Of a stretch of DNA of 64,000 nucleotides, positions 28,728 to 37,775 are shown in pieces. The notes under the pieces were generated by a model. The model ran no database searches, was not told the origin of the DNA, and saw nothing but the letters and a program-made list of their open reading frames with translations. Position numbers and translations under genes: made by a program. The DNA comes from an uncultured SAR86 cluster bacterium (GTDB lineage Bacteria; Pseudomonadota; Gammaproteobacteria; Magnimaribacterales; D2472): contig CAWUWW010000004.1 in NCBI GenBank assembly GCA_963926355.1, positions 18,965 to 82,964 on the forward strand, written 5' to 3'. Positions within the stretch are counted from its first letter, which is position 1. Each line of letters begins with the position of its first letter.

Positions 28728-29870
28728 ATGAGCTTATATATTGCACACCCTTTAGATGATTTTATGGAATTAATTAACCTTTATACTTTTGATGAAGGTA
28801 GGGAGTTTGTTCGCTCTATTAAGGATGTTAGCGAAATCGGAGTTCTTGATGATGAGGATAAATTAATTTTTTTAATACCTTCAAGCTTGATAACATCTTA
28901 TATATTTATTCAAAATAAAGAACTGTCTACTCAAGTTAATCTAGCAAATTTTATATCTGAAATAGACTCAAAAATTGTTGGTCAGGTTTCTGATAATGAG
29001 TACCTATTCCATGAAGACAATGCTTTTGCTATAAATAAAAAAACTTTATTAGATATCAATACTTCTTTAAGTAGTTTAAATGGATCTATTTATCTAGTTC
29101 CAGAGTATTCTGTAAGCCACATAAGAGATATAGATATCATTTCGCAGATTGGTTTAAAGTATTTATTCTCTTATTCAGATGGAACTGGTTTTGGGGTAGA
29201 AGAAGATTTTTTAAACCAGTATTTAGATATTATTACTAATAATAAGCCTGACTTTCATCCAACAGTTAGTAGTTTGAATGATGATTTAAATAAGAGGTTT
29301 GAAATATCTAGCTCTCCTTTTTCTTTTTTAAAGCTATCAGAGTCTGATCTAATGCAACTCCCTAATTTTTTTAAATTAAAAATATCACTTAATTTGCTTA
29401 TAAAGAAGCTTTCCTTTTCAAGATCTCAAATTATAGTATGCGCCATTTCATTGATTATTTTGATCTCAGCTCCCAATTTCCTAATATATCAAAATGAGAA
29501 AAACGCAAAAGTTTATAGCTCAGCCACCTTTGATATATTTAAAACGATTAATAAAGATATTAAAAAAGTTGTTTCACCTAAATCTCAAATTGATCAATTA
29601 TTAAAAGATATTCCAGATAACCTCAATACAAAAACAAAACTTCCAAACTTAGACCTTTTCTACAATTTAGGCTCAAAATACCTTTCAAGGTCTTCTATTG
29701 ATATTAATAGATCTATTGCCACCATAACCATAGAGTCAATGCCAGAGTTGCAGTATAGGTTGATTCAAGGCGCATCATCTAAATTTGGGATAACAATAGT
29801 AAACTCCGATGTTGATTTTCAAAATGGTTTTGTAGATGGCGAAATACTCTTGAGGTTTGATAATGAATAA
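28728..29870 (+). CDS. gspL: type II secretion protein L-like
   Basis: Position in the operon, about 380 aa, with a single TM near aa 235-255. Sequence is divergent. Confidence 0.6.
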   Translation: MSLYIAHPLDDFMELINLYTFDEGREFVRSIKDVSEIGVLDDEDKLIFLIPSSLITSYIFIQNKELSTQVNLANFISEIDSKIVGQVSDNEYLFHEDNAFAINKKTLLDINTSLSSLNGSIYLVPEYSVSHIRDIDIISQIGLKYLFSYSDGTGFGVEEDFLNQYLDIITNNKPDFHPTVSSLNDDLNKRFEISSSPFSFLKLSESDLMQLPNFFKLKISLNLLIKKLSFSRSQIIVCAISLIILISAPNFLIYQNEKNAKVYSSATFDIFKTINKDIKKVVSPKSQIDQLLKDIPDNLNTKTKLPNLDLFYNLGSKYLSRSSIDINRSIATITIESMPELQYRLIQGASSKFGITIVNSDVDFQNGFVDGEILLRFDNE

Positions 29871-30309
29871 TTTCCTCACTAATCTTGAGACTCGTGAAAG
29901 AAGGCTTATATTCATTGCTCTTGGGCTTATTTTATCCATGTCAATTATTTTTGGAATTAACTCTTTTTTAAACAAATACTCAACCTCTGTTAAAAACCTT
30001 AATAAAGCAAAGTCTAATTATGAATACGTTCATTTAAAAGCTCTTGCCTTAGAGCGCCCGACAATTTTTGGGTATATTACAAATGAAAGCCTTGAAACCC
30101 TTCTTAAAAAGAAAAATTTATTATCTGCTATTTCAAATATTGATATTTCAAATGATGATTCGTTAGTGACTATTAAATTCAATACGACTAATTTAAAAGA
30201 CGCTGTTAGCTTTTCTGAAGATATTGCCAACAACAATAGTATGAAACTTGGTAAAATTATTTACACTCAGTCCCAAGATAAAATAGAATTCGAACTTATA
30301 TTAAATTAG
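29857..30309 (+). CDS. gspM: type II secretion protein M-like
   Basis: Position, 150 aa, N-terminal TM (RRLIFIALGLILSMSIIFGI). Overlaps the gspL end. Confidence 0.6.
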   Translation: MIMNNFLTNLETRERRLIFIALGLILSMSIIFGINSFLNKYSTSVKNLNKAKSNYEYVHLKALALERPTIFGYITNESLETLLKKKNLLSAISNIDISNDDSLVTIKFNTTNLKDAVSFSEDIANNNSMKLGKIIYTQSQDKIEFELILN

Positions 30310-31166
30310 TTTTTATATATTGAAATTTTCTTAGAGTAGAGTTCGTGAAATGTCTTAACTGCAATTGAGTCTGAAATACCCCATTTGGTAGCTTTAATAT
30401 TTTTTATACCAAGGCCTGCAATAATTTTAAGATATATCTTTAGAGCATGATCTATAACATCAGCTCTGTCATTTTCTAGTTTGTAGTTCAAAATTTTATC
30501 GTCTAGGCTCAGGCTGCTTAGATCAGATGATTTTTGAATAAAGTCTAAATTACTCATTTTTTTAGAATCATGGATATTTAAAAATGATCTAATACTTCCC
30601 CCGAGCCCAACAAGATTACTAATTTTAGATTGTTTTTTAAGCCACTCTTCTAGTCTTTTCCATTCTTTAGCATCCTCTTTTCCAAGCATTCCTCTAATAG
30701 CTCCAAGTTGAAATGATTGAATTATATGTTTACCGTCTTGATGGATATATAACTCTGTACTGCCACCACCAACATCAACATAGGCTTTATTTGATCCAGA
30801 CTGGGCTTTTGGGTGAAATCTTATAAGCTTTGCTTCCTCAAGACCTGAAATAATCCTGATGGGGTGCTCTATTTTATTTTCAATATACCTTCTTGCTTTT
30901 TCAGAATTCTGAGTATCCCTAAATGCGCTAGTAGCGACTATTTCATACATTTTTATTTTATTTGAGGCGAAGTTTTTTTGATATTTTTTTAATGTTTTTG
31001 TAAGTTCATCAAGCTTCTTGTTTGACAGAAATCCATTATTAAAAACTTCCGTTCCTAGTCTTATAGGCGATCTAATTCCTTCTAAAAAATCTATAGAAGT
31101 AGGGGTTGTTTCAAAAACTTTTGATTTGACAGCATTTGTGCCTATATCAATAGATGCTATCTTCAT
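30306..31166 (-). CDS. Ppx/GppA-family phosphatase, short form (actin-like domains only)
   Basis: Motifs ASIDIGTNAVK, ATSAFRD, SGLEEA and VDVGGGSTEL. At 286 aa it has no C-terminal HD region. Overlaps the ppk2 stop by 4 nt. Confidence 0.75.
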   Translation of the reverse strand: MKIASIDIGTNAVKSKVFETTPTSIDFLEGIRSPIRLGTEVFNNGFLSNKKLDELTKTLKKYQKNFASNKIKMYEIVATSAFRDTQNSEKARRYIENKIEHPIRIISGLEEAKLIRFHPKAQSGSNKAYVDVGGGSTELYIHQDGKHIIQSFQLGAIRGMLGKEDAKEWKRLEEWLKKQSKISNLVGLGGSIRSFLNIHDSKKMSNLDFIQKSSDLSSLSLDDKILNYKLENDRADVIDHALKIYLKIIAGLGIKNIKATKWGISDSIAVKTFHELYSKKISIYKN

Positions 31167-31999
31167 ATGTCGTCGCTATATTTAGTAATAATCATAAATT
31201 GTTCGTAGGATAGGTTATCAAATTTAACACCCTCTATGGTGGCCCCATAGTTAGATAATCCATGCGACCATTTAGCAGGCTTAAGAATTTTTTTATTTTC
31301 GTATTCAGTTTTGTTTAGTAAGTATCTTAAAGCTGCTAATCTTCCTATCATTTTATTATCGGAGTTTATTGAAACCCAAGGAGATTTATCAGATGCTGTT
31401 TTATCAAACATTTGCTTTTTATAAAGAGTAAAAGCATCCCATTTAGTAACAATTTTTTCATCATTTTCTGATAACTTCCAATACTTAAGTTGAGAATTTT
31501 TTCTAGCTTTCATTCTTCTTGTTTGCTGATCCCTAGATAGCGAAAAGTAAAATTTAGTCATCTCTACACCTTCGTCTATATGTGCATCTTCCCAACCAGT
31601 GACTCTTTTCATAAATGTTCTGTACTGGTTTTCAGTACAATAGCCCATTATAGGTTCGGTTATAGCTCTGGTGTACCAGGACCTATCTAAGAATGATATC
31701 TCGCCAACATTTGGGAGTACTTTAGCCCACCTTTGAAACCAATGAGATGATTCCCACTTTGAAGGTATACCTAATTGAACGTATTTGAAGTTATTAGGCC
31801 TAAGATATTCTGAAAAGAACTTAATTGCTGAACTTTTTCCAGCTGTATCTCGTCCCTCAAAAACAATACAAATTCTTCTATTATTTTTTATAACATCTTC
31901 CTGGAGTTTTAATAACTCTATCTGTAAGCGTCTTTTTTCCAACGCATAGGCTTTAGCATCAAGTCTTTTATATTCAGTTTGGTCTAATGCAATTAACAT
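31163..31999 (-). CDS. ppk2: polyphosphate kinase 2
   Basis: Walker-A-like FEGRDTAGKSS, plus DRSWYTR and the PPK2 lid region. Confidence 0.85.
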   Translation of the reverse strand: MLIALDQTEYKRLDAKAYALEKRRLQIELLKLQEDVIKNNRRICIVFEGRDTAGKSSAIKFFSEYLRPNNFKYVQLGIPSKWESSHWFQRWAKVLPNVGEISFLDRSWYTRAITEPIMGYCTENQYRTFMKRVTGWEDAHIDEGVEMTKFYFSLSRDQQTRRMKARKNSQLKYWKLSENDEKIVTKWDAFTLYKKQMFDKTASDKSPWVSINSDNKMIGRLAALRYLLNKTEYENKKILKPAKWSHGLSNYGATIEGVKFDNLSYEQFMIITKYSDDI

Positions 32000-32059
32000 A
32001 AAGTATTTATATCAGAGTTTGTTTTAATAAAGTGCTAATTCACTTAAAAGTATGAGTAT

Positions 32060-32076
32060 CTTCACATAAATGTCAC
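32060..32076 (+). promoter_or_regulatory. Pho-box-like site with -10 (TCTAAT 32087-32092) upstream of PiT
   Basis: CTTCAC-ATAAA-TGTCAC half-sites are phased at 11 bp. A 10-nt gap separates the site from TCTAAT. Lies in the ppk2/pit divergent spacer. Confidence 0.45.
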
Positions 32077-32124
32077 AAGATGAAGTTCTAATTTGTATAT
32101 ATAAACTATATACCTTAATTAATT

Positions 32125-33372
32125 ATGGAAACTTTATTTCTTGACCCAACTTTAATTCTTATTATAGCAGCATTTGCAGGCTTTTTTATGGCATTTGGAA
32201 TAGGTGCCAATGACGTAGCCAATGCAATGGGAACCTCGGTTGGTAGTAAGGCAATTACCCTAAAACAAGCAATATTCATTGCAGCGATATTTGAGTTTCT
32301 TGGAGCCTACTTAGCTGGTGGAGAGGTTACCAATACTATTAGGAAAGGTATTGTTGACCCAGGTCTTTATGCAGACAATCAAGATATATTTATTATTGGC
32401 ATGCTATCTGCGCTTCTAGCAGCTGGTACTTGGTTATTCATAGCTAGCAATAAAGGGTGGCCTGTTTCAACAACACATTCTATTGTAGGTGCTATAGTTG
32501 GATTTGTTATCATTTCAATGGGTTTTCAGGCAGTTTCCTGGGGCAAGGTTGGAATTATTGCAGCTAGTTGGGTTGTTTCGCCAGCTATCTCCGGGACCAT
32601 GGCTTTCTTTATATTCTTAAGTGCAAAAAAATTAATCCTTGATAGAAGAGATCCAGCTCAAGCTGCTGTTTCATTAATTCCTATGTATAGCTTTTTTGTA
32701 GCAATAATCATCGGTCTGGTTACAGCAAGAAAAGGCTTAAAACATGTTGGCTTGCCTTTATCTGATAGTGAGATTCTTATTGCTACCGGAGTTTTTGGTA
32801 TTCTAGTAGCTATCCTTACATCAGTATTATTAAATATTAATAAAGAGAAAATAAGAGAACATGGTGTGGAATCAGCATTTGCAATACTTATGCTGGTTAC
32901 CGCTTCAGCTATGGCTTTTGCTCATGGCTCAAATGACGTCGCTAATGCTATTGGACCTGTATCTGCAATTATTAGCGTCGCTACAGAAGGCGAGATTGGC
33001 TCTAAGGCTACAGTTAGTCCATGGGTGCTATTATTAGGTGGAATAGGGATAGTCTTCGGTTTGGCAATGCTGGGCGGAAGGGTAATTAAAACAGTTGGAA
33101 GTAAAATTACACAGTTAACTCCAAGTTTAGGTTTTTCTGCTGAAATGGCTGCCGCAACTACTGTTGTTGCTGCTACATATATAGGCTTTCCAATTTCTAC
33201 AACCCACACCCTAGTTGGAGCTGTTATTGGAGTTGGCTTGGCTAAAGGTGTAGAGCATCTTGATCTAAAATCAATTGGAAGAATTGTATTGTCTTGGGTG
33301 GTAACAATACCAGCTGGAGCAACGTTCACTATCTTGTTCTACGTCTTGCTTAGATTTGTATTTGGGGTTTAG
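32125..33372 (+). CDS. pit: inorganic phosphate transporter, PiT family
   Basis: Duplicated signature GANDVANAMGTSVGS / GSNDVANAIGPVS. Polytopic membrane protein. Confidence 0.9.
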   Translation: METLFLDPTLILIIAAFAGFFMAFGIGANDVANAMGTSVGSKAITLKQAIFIAAIFEFLGAYLAGGEVTNTIRKGIVDPGLYADNQDIFIIGMLSALLAAGTWLFIASNKGWPVSTTHSIVGAIVGFVIISMGFQAVSWGKVGIIAASWVVSPAISGTMAFFIFLSAKKLILDRRDPAQAAVSLIPMYSFFVAIIIGLVTARKGLKHVGLPLSDSEILIATGVFGILVAILTSVLLNINKEKIREHGVESAFAILMLVTASAMAFAHGSNDVANAIGPVSAIISVATEGEIGSKATVSPWVLLLGGIGIVFGLAMLGGRVIKTVGSKITQLTPSLGFSAEMAAATTVVAATYIGFPISTTHTLVGAVIGVGLAKGVEHLDLKSIGRIVLSWVVTIPAGATFTILFYVLLRFVFGV

Positions 33373-33378
33373 GAGCTA

Positions 33379-33975
33379 CTAGGAACTTTGGTTTATCCAA
33401 TTTAATAGATACGCATGAGCAGCTCTGTGAGCCTCAATTTTTCCAACTTCGTTTAGCTCCCCGCTCTCCTTGGCATTTAAAGCAAGAATAGAGAGTATTA
33501 TCTGAGTGAACACCCTAAAGACACCATCCCTATTAAACATTTCCGGAAGATTGATGTTTGACTCAACAAGTGATTGAATTTGACGAGAGAGCTGATGTAA
33601 GGAGTTTGAGGGTACCGGTGTTACCAAGCTATTTGATAGTATAAGTATTTGGGCGCCCTTAGATCTTTGAAAAAAATTATAAAGAATTTCAACACACTTC
33701 ATAACAACGACAGATGACTGGTCTGTTGAAATATTATTAGAACTATCTATAAATTCACCAAGGCAATCATCAAGATATCGAGAAATCATCATAGCCTTTA
33801 GCGAATCAGGGGTAGGAAAAAACTTATAAGTTGATGTTCTCTTTAGGCCTGAATATTTAGCAATATTCGCTACCGTTATGGCCTCCACACCATGCTCTAA
33901 CAATATTTCGTTAGCTGTATTGATGATAGTATTAATTCTCTCTCTGCTGCGGTTTTGTTTTGCTAAGTGCTCCAT
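33379..33975 (-). CDS. TetR-family transcriptional regulator
   Basis: N-terminal HTH (ITVANIAKYSGLKRTSTYKFFPT). Confidence 0.7.
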   Translation of the reverse strand: MEHLAKQNRSRERINTIINTANEILLEHGVEAITVANIAKYSGLKRTSTYKFFPTPDSLKAMMISRYLDDCLGEFIDSSNNISTDQSSVVVMKCVEILYNFFQRSKGAQILILSNSLVTPVPSNSLHQLSRQIQSLVESNINLPEMFNRDGVFRVFTQIILSILALNAKESGELNEVGKIEAHRAAHAYLLNWINQSS

Positions 33976-34039
33976 GTATTAATTATGGACAAATGTTCAG
34001 AAAAGTAAATTAAGAAACTAAAAAAATTTTAAATTCATA

Positions 34040-35002
34040 TTAAAAATTAAACTCAAAACCAATTGAAAAAATACCTATATCTGAATTTTCCAGGTCTTTA
34101 TTTAACTTCGATAGGGTTGTAAAAACCTTCATCACATTATTTATCTTATAGTTATAGCCAATTGATTTTTGCCTTCCTCCTTCAATTTTCATATCAGAAA
34201 CACTATTTTGAATCTTCAAAGAACCTTTACTAGACAACTTATGATCAAGACTTACTAAATGCCCGCTATCATTTTTATTTGAATTAATATGTTTTGAATT
34301 CTGGAACATAAATCCTATGGTTGTTTTGTTTATGGGAATTAATAAAGAGACCCGTTTGCTGTCATAACCCTTAGCACCTGAGTCTATTGCAAATGAAGAT
34401 TTTACAATCTTACCAGAGTAATCAAATGAAATTGATTGATAGGAAATATCAGATTGCCCGATCTTATTAACAGTAATTGTAAAGTCTTTAAAAAATTTAG
34501 GGGTTGTATAGCCAACGAGATCATTCATTCTGCTTTCGCCATGAAATAGTTTCTTAATATCTGAGCTAGTATCATTAAATAAATCAATTTTTAATTGAGC
34601 TTCTTTAAAAGCTGTATCATGCGTTCCTATAAAAAAATTCCCAAAATTTCCTGATAAACCAATAAAAGTATTTCTTTGCTTTAGTACCTTATCTCCATCG
34701 GCCTTACCGTCAGTAGGGTCAATTTCATTTTCAATTTGAAAGGAGAACTCTAAAGTATCTGATAGTTTTAATGAAGACTTAAAGCCAATTCTTGATGCAT
34801 TATTGATAGTTTCATTTTTTATTTTTGAGTTTTGTTTTATTGCAGCCAAGTCCATATTTAACTTGCCATAAATAGAGCTTTCAGCGCTTGAAAGGCCGCT
34901 AAAAAATAAGACGCTAATTAGGATGCTTAGCTTACTAATTCGAGATTTATTTGTTGCAAAAGCGATACATAAATTCACATAATATTGATTAAAAAGTTTC
35001 AT
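34040..35002 (-). CDS. outer-membrane porin (Gram-negative porin family)
   Basis: Signal peptide, YGKLNMDL start, alternating beta-strand pattern, C-terminal GFEFNF. Confidence 0.7.
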   Translation of the reverse strand: MKLFNQYYVNLCIAFATNKSRISKLSILISVLFFSGLSSAESSIYGKLNMDLAAIKQNSKIKNETINNASRIGFKSSLKLSDTLEFSFQIENEIDPTDGKADGDKVLKQRNTFIGLSGNFGNFFIGTHDTAFKEAQLKIDLFNDTSSDIKKLFHGESRMNDLVGYTTPKFFKDFTITVNKIGQSDISYQSISFDYSGKIVKSSFAIDSGAKGYDSKRVSLLIPINKTTIGFMFQNSKHINSNKNDSGHLVSLDHKLSSKGSLKIQNSVSDMKIEGGRQKSIGYNYKINNVMKVFTTLSKLNKDLENSDIGIFSIGFEFNF

Positions 35003-35123
35003 TGAATAGTTAAATTAGTACATATTAAATACAAAGTAATTAAAACATATATACCCTATTTATATTATGTAAATACTTAGTATTAACATAAATATAACTA
35101 GTTAGACACAGCGTTGTAACAAT

Positions 35124-35273
35124 ATGAATAAAAAAGACTCTCAGCTATTAATAAAAATTAATGCTGATACAAAAAAAGAATTTATAAATATATGCGAAGA
35201 CCTTGATAGCAATGCATCAAGAGAAATTAGATTATTTATTAAAGACTTTATAAAAAACAATACAAAAGAATAA
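35124..35273 (+). CDS. small ribbon-helix-helix (CopG/Arc-like) protein, 49 aa; not in ORF track
   Basis: MNKKDSQLLIKINADTKKEFINICEDLDSNASREIRLFIKDFIKNNTKE shows the RHH pattern of beta-strand, helix, N-x-S turn and helix. Confidence 0.5.
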   Translation: MNKKDSQLLIKINADTKKEFINICEDLDSNASREIRLFIKDFIKNNTKE

Positions 35274-35333
35274 TTGCACGCATCCTTTGGTAGGTATTTT
35301 TAGTACTTATGTTTAAAAGACCTACTAAATAAA

Positions 35334-36452
35334 TTATATCTCTAGTTTCTCAATAAAACTTATTATATCTTTTGCCAGAACTTCTGGTTTTTCAAAGGCT
35401 GCAAAGTGACCTCCATCGTATTCATTCCACTGAACAATGTTATAAATATTTTCTGCCCAGACGCGAGGCGGAAGCATGATATCTCTTTTAAAAATAGCTC
35501 CAGCCATTGGCTGTGAAATGCTATTAAAAGAAAATCCAAAATCACCATTCTCTTTATATAGCCTAGCTGAAGAAGTGATTGATTGTGTGAACCAGTAAAG
35601 AGAAATAACACTTAAAACCTCATCATTAGTTACTACTAATTTATTATCACTACCCTCAAACCATCCATAAAATTTTTCAGATATCCAAGCAGCTAGACCT
35701 ATTGGAGAGTCATTTAATCCATACCCTACAGTCTGTGGTTTTGTTTTTTGAATTTCATAATACCCAAAGCCCTGTGTTTTATATTTTTCATAATTTTCTA
35801 GCATTTTTAATTCCATTGAGGTCACTCCCTCCATAGGGTTTTTTCCTCCTGGAGGGAATGCTATGACTAGATTTAAATGTATCCCTATGCAGTTATCTGG
35901 GTATAGTTCTGCCATCCATTTACTAACGGTAGATCCCCAATCACCTCCTTGCACAATATATTTATTGTAACTAAGGGCTGTCATAAGCTCGTGCTGTATT
36001 TTTGCAATACTCTCTGAATTCATCCCAGTTTCTTTCGGCTTGTCTGAAAACCCAAACCCTGGAAGTGAAGGGCATATTATATCTAAGGGTACTTTTGATT
36101 GCTTTCGTAACGCCGGTATAATTTTTAAAAACTCTTGAATACTCCCAGGCCATCCATGAGTCATCATTAATGGAACTGCACCTTCTTTGTCTGATTTTGA
36201 GTGAAGGTAATGTATTTTTAATCCAGAGGCTGATGTAAATTTATAGCTCCCAACTTCGTTTAGCTTTTCTTCGTGATACCTCCAATTGAATTCATCTAGC
36301 CAATACTCCGAGAGATCTTTTAGAAAATTAAGACTGGTTCCATGCGACCATGTTTTATTATTAATTTCATCTGGCCACCTTGTAAGTCTTATTCTTTGCT
36401 TTAGATCATCAATCTCTTTATCGTTTACATGGATGTAAAATTTTTCAATCAT
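35334..36452 (-). CDS. epoxide hydrolase (microsomal-type, alpha/beta fold)
   Basis: N-terminal EH domain (DDLKQRIRLTRWP), HGWPGS oxyanion motif, GGDWGS nucleophile. Confidence 0.85.
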   Translation of the reverse strand: MIEKFYIHVNDKEIDDLKQRIRLTRWPDEINNKTWSHGTSLNFLKDLSEYWLDEFNWRYHEEKLNEVGSYKFTSASGLKIHYLHSKSDKEGAVPLMMTHGWPGSIQEFLKIIPALRKQSKVPLDIICPSLPGFGFSDKPKETGMNSESIAKIQHELMTALSYNKYIVQGGDWGSTVSKWMAELYPDNCIGIHLNLVIAFPPGGKNPMEGVTSMELKMLENYEKYKTQGFGYYEIQKTKPQTVGYGLNDSPIGLAAWISEKFYGWFEGSDNKLVVTNDEVLSVISLYWFTQSITSSARLYKENGDFGFSFNSISQPMAGAIFKRDIMLPPRVWAENIYNIVQWNEYDGGHFAAFEKPEVLAKDIISFIEKLEI

Positions 36453-36541
36453 AACTGCCTAGTTTTAATAGTATTGTGAAACCATCAGTTAAGCATATAA
36501 ATAAAGTAAAATATAAACAATAGACTAACTAACTAATTCTG

Positions 36542-37045
36542 ATGTTTGAAAGAATTGAACTTTATATAAATACGAATGCTGAGCATGTGTGGCTCGTAAT
36601 TCTTTTATTTGCTTTTATAGAGGCATTTTTCATGTCTGGAATTATCATGTCCAGCGCTATTTTATTTTCAATATGCATCTTTGTTTATAACGCTGAGCTA
36701 ATGTCTATATTTACGATTGTTCCCCTTGCTATTATTGGCGCACATTTTGGCGATATGGGAAGTTTTCTTTGCGGTAAAACAATTGGACCTCAGCTACTAA
36801 CATCAAAACCTTTAGTTAAAAGACAAAAAACCATCACTAGGGCGCAAAAATTTTTAGATAAAACAGGTCCATTTACCGTGCTTTTTGGGAGATTTATTCC
36901 AGCCTTAAGACCGGTAGTTCCATTTTTACTTGGAATTTCTGATCTAAAAACTGTAAGATTTTATATTGCTGATGTTATCGCATGTATTTGTTGGGGTATA
37001 GCATTAGGTTTTCTAGTAACTAGTTTGGGAACATTTTTTGGATAA
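36542..37045 (+). CDS. DedA/SNARE-associated family membrane protein
   Basis: Motif FGRFIPALRPVVPFLLG and the membrane profile. Confidence 0.65.
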   Translation: MFERIELYINTNAEHVWLVILLFAFIEAFFMSGIIMSSAILFSICIFVYNAELMSIFTIVPLAIIGAHFGDMGSFLCGKTIGPQLLTSKPLVKRQKTITRAQKFLDKTGPFTVLFGRFIPALRPVVPFLLGISDLKTVRFYIADVIACICWGIALGFLVTSLGTFFG

Positions 37046-37051
37046 TTTAGT

Positions 37052-37237
37052 ATGTTAAATATATTTATTTTGGTTGTTAGCTCTATTGCTTTGCTTTATC
37101 TCTTATTGCAATTAGTTAAAGTTAAAAAACAAGGCAAGCTTCTGCAAACTTTACGCGATCTTTTAATTATATTGCTTGCTCTTTTAATGACAGCGGCAAT
37201 TTTTTATATAGGTTTTAGATTTTTTAAAGCTTTCTAA
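37052..37237 (+). CDS. small membrane protein (61 aa)
   Basis: Two hydrophobic helices. Tightly packed between the dedA-like and HIT genes. Confidence 0.4.
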   Translation: MLNIFILVVSSIALLYLLLQLVKVKKQGKLLQTLRDLLIILLALLMTAAIFYIGFRFFKAF

Positions 37238-37240
37238 TAA

Positions 37241-37582
37241 ATGTCAGAAACATTATTTGAGAAGATAATTAATAGAGATATTCCATCTGATATTATCTAT
37301 GAGGATGATATGTCAATTGTTATAAATGATATTCAGCCTCAAGCTCCAGTTCATCTTTTAATAATTCCAAAAAAAGTTATACCAAAACTATCAGATTCTA
37401 CTGAAGATGATAGGGACCTTTTAGGTCACTTAATGCTGGTTGCCAATAAAGTTGCTAAAGAATTGCAGCTTGATGATACTTTTAGAATTATTGTTAATAA
37501 CGGCGCTAAAGCAGGTCAAAGTGTTTTTCACCTTCACCTGCATCTACTTTCAGGCCGCTCTTTGCAATGGCCTCCTGGCTAA
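37241..37582 (+). CDS. hinT: HIT-family nucleotide hydrolase (HinT-like)
   Basis: Collinear with E. coli HinT (LFEKIINRDIPSDIIYEDD, PQAPVHLLIIPK). Histidine triad HLHLHLL. Confidence 0.85.
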   Translation: MSETLFEKIINRDIPSDIIYEDDMSIVINDIQPQAPVHLLIIPKKVIPKLSDSTEDDRDLLGHLMLVANKVAKELQLDDTFRIIVNNGAKAGQSVFHLHLHLLSGRSLQWPPG

Positions 37583-37677
37583 TAAAATATATAAGCTCCA
37601 AGACCAAGCAAGAACACCACAAAACCTATACTTATAACAAAGTAAGCACCTTGCTTTATTGTTGAACTATCATCCAT
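37579..37677 (-). CDS. small membrane peptide (32 aa); not in ORF track
   Basis: MDDSSTIKQGAYFVISIGFVVFLLGLGAYIFY, preceded by the strong SD AAAGGGAGGAGAAATT-ATG. Confidence 0.45.
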   Translation of the reverse strand: MDDSSTIKQGAYFVISIGFVVFLLGLGAYIFY

Positions 37678-37775
37678 AATTTCTCCTCCCTTTAAAAAAT
37701 ATACCAAAAAATAAAGCATTTTCAAGCTTATTTTTAATATAGAATAAGTAATCAATTAATTTAGATTACTGTCAA

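Noticed and set aside
32922-33329. 135-aa ORF antisense to the PiT gene. Similar long antisense ORFs occur at 15330..15644, 12477..12743, 17079..17357, 43890..44150, 45870..46196, 49376..49642 and 52979..53293.
   Set aside because: Each lies wholly inside a gene with strong family motifs on the other strand. They are low-complexity with no start context, consistent with open antisense frames rather than genes.
35107-35123. AGACAC-N5-TGTAAC Pho-like site just before the RHH ORF.
   Set aside because: The first half-site has two mismatches, and the site ends directly at the ATG (35124), which is incompatible with promoter function for that ORF.
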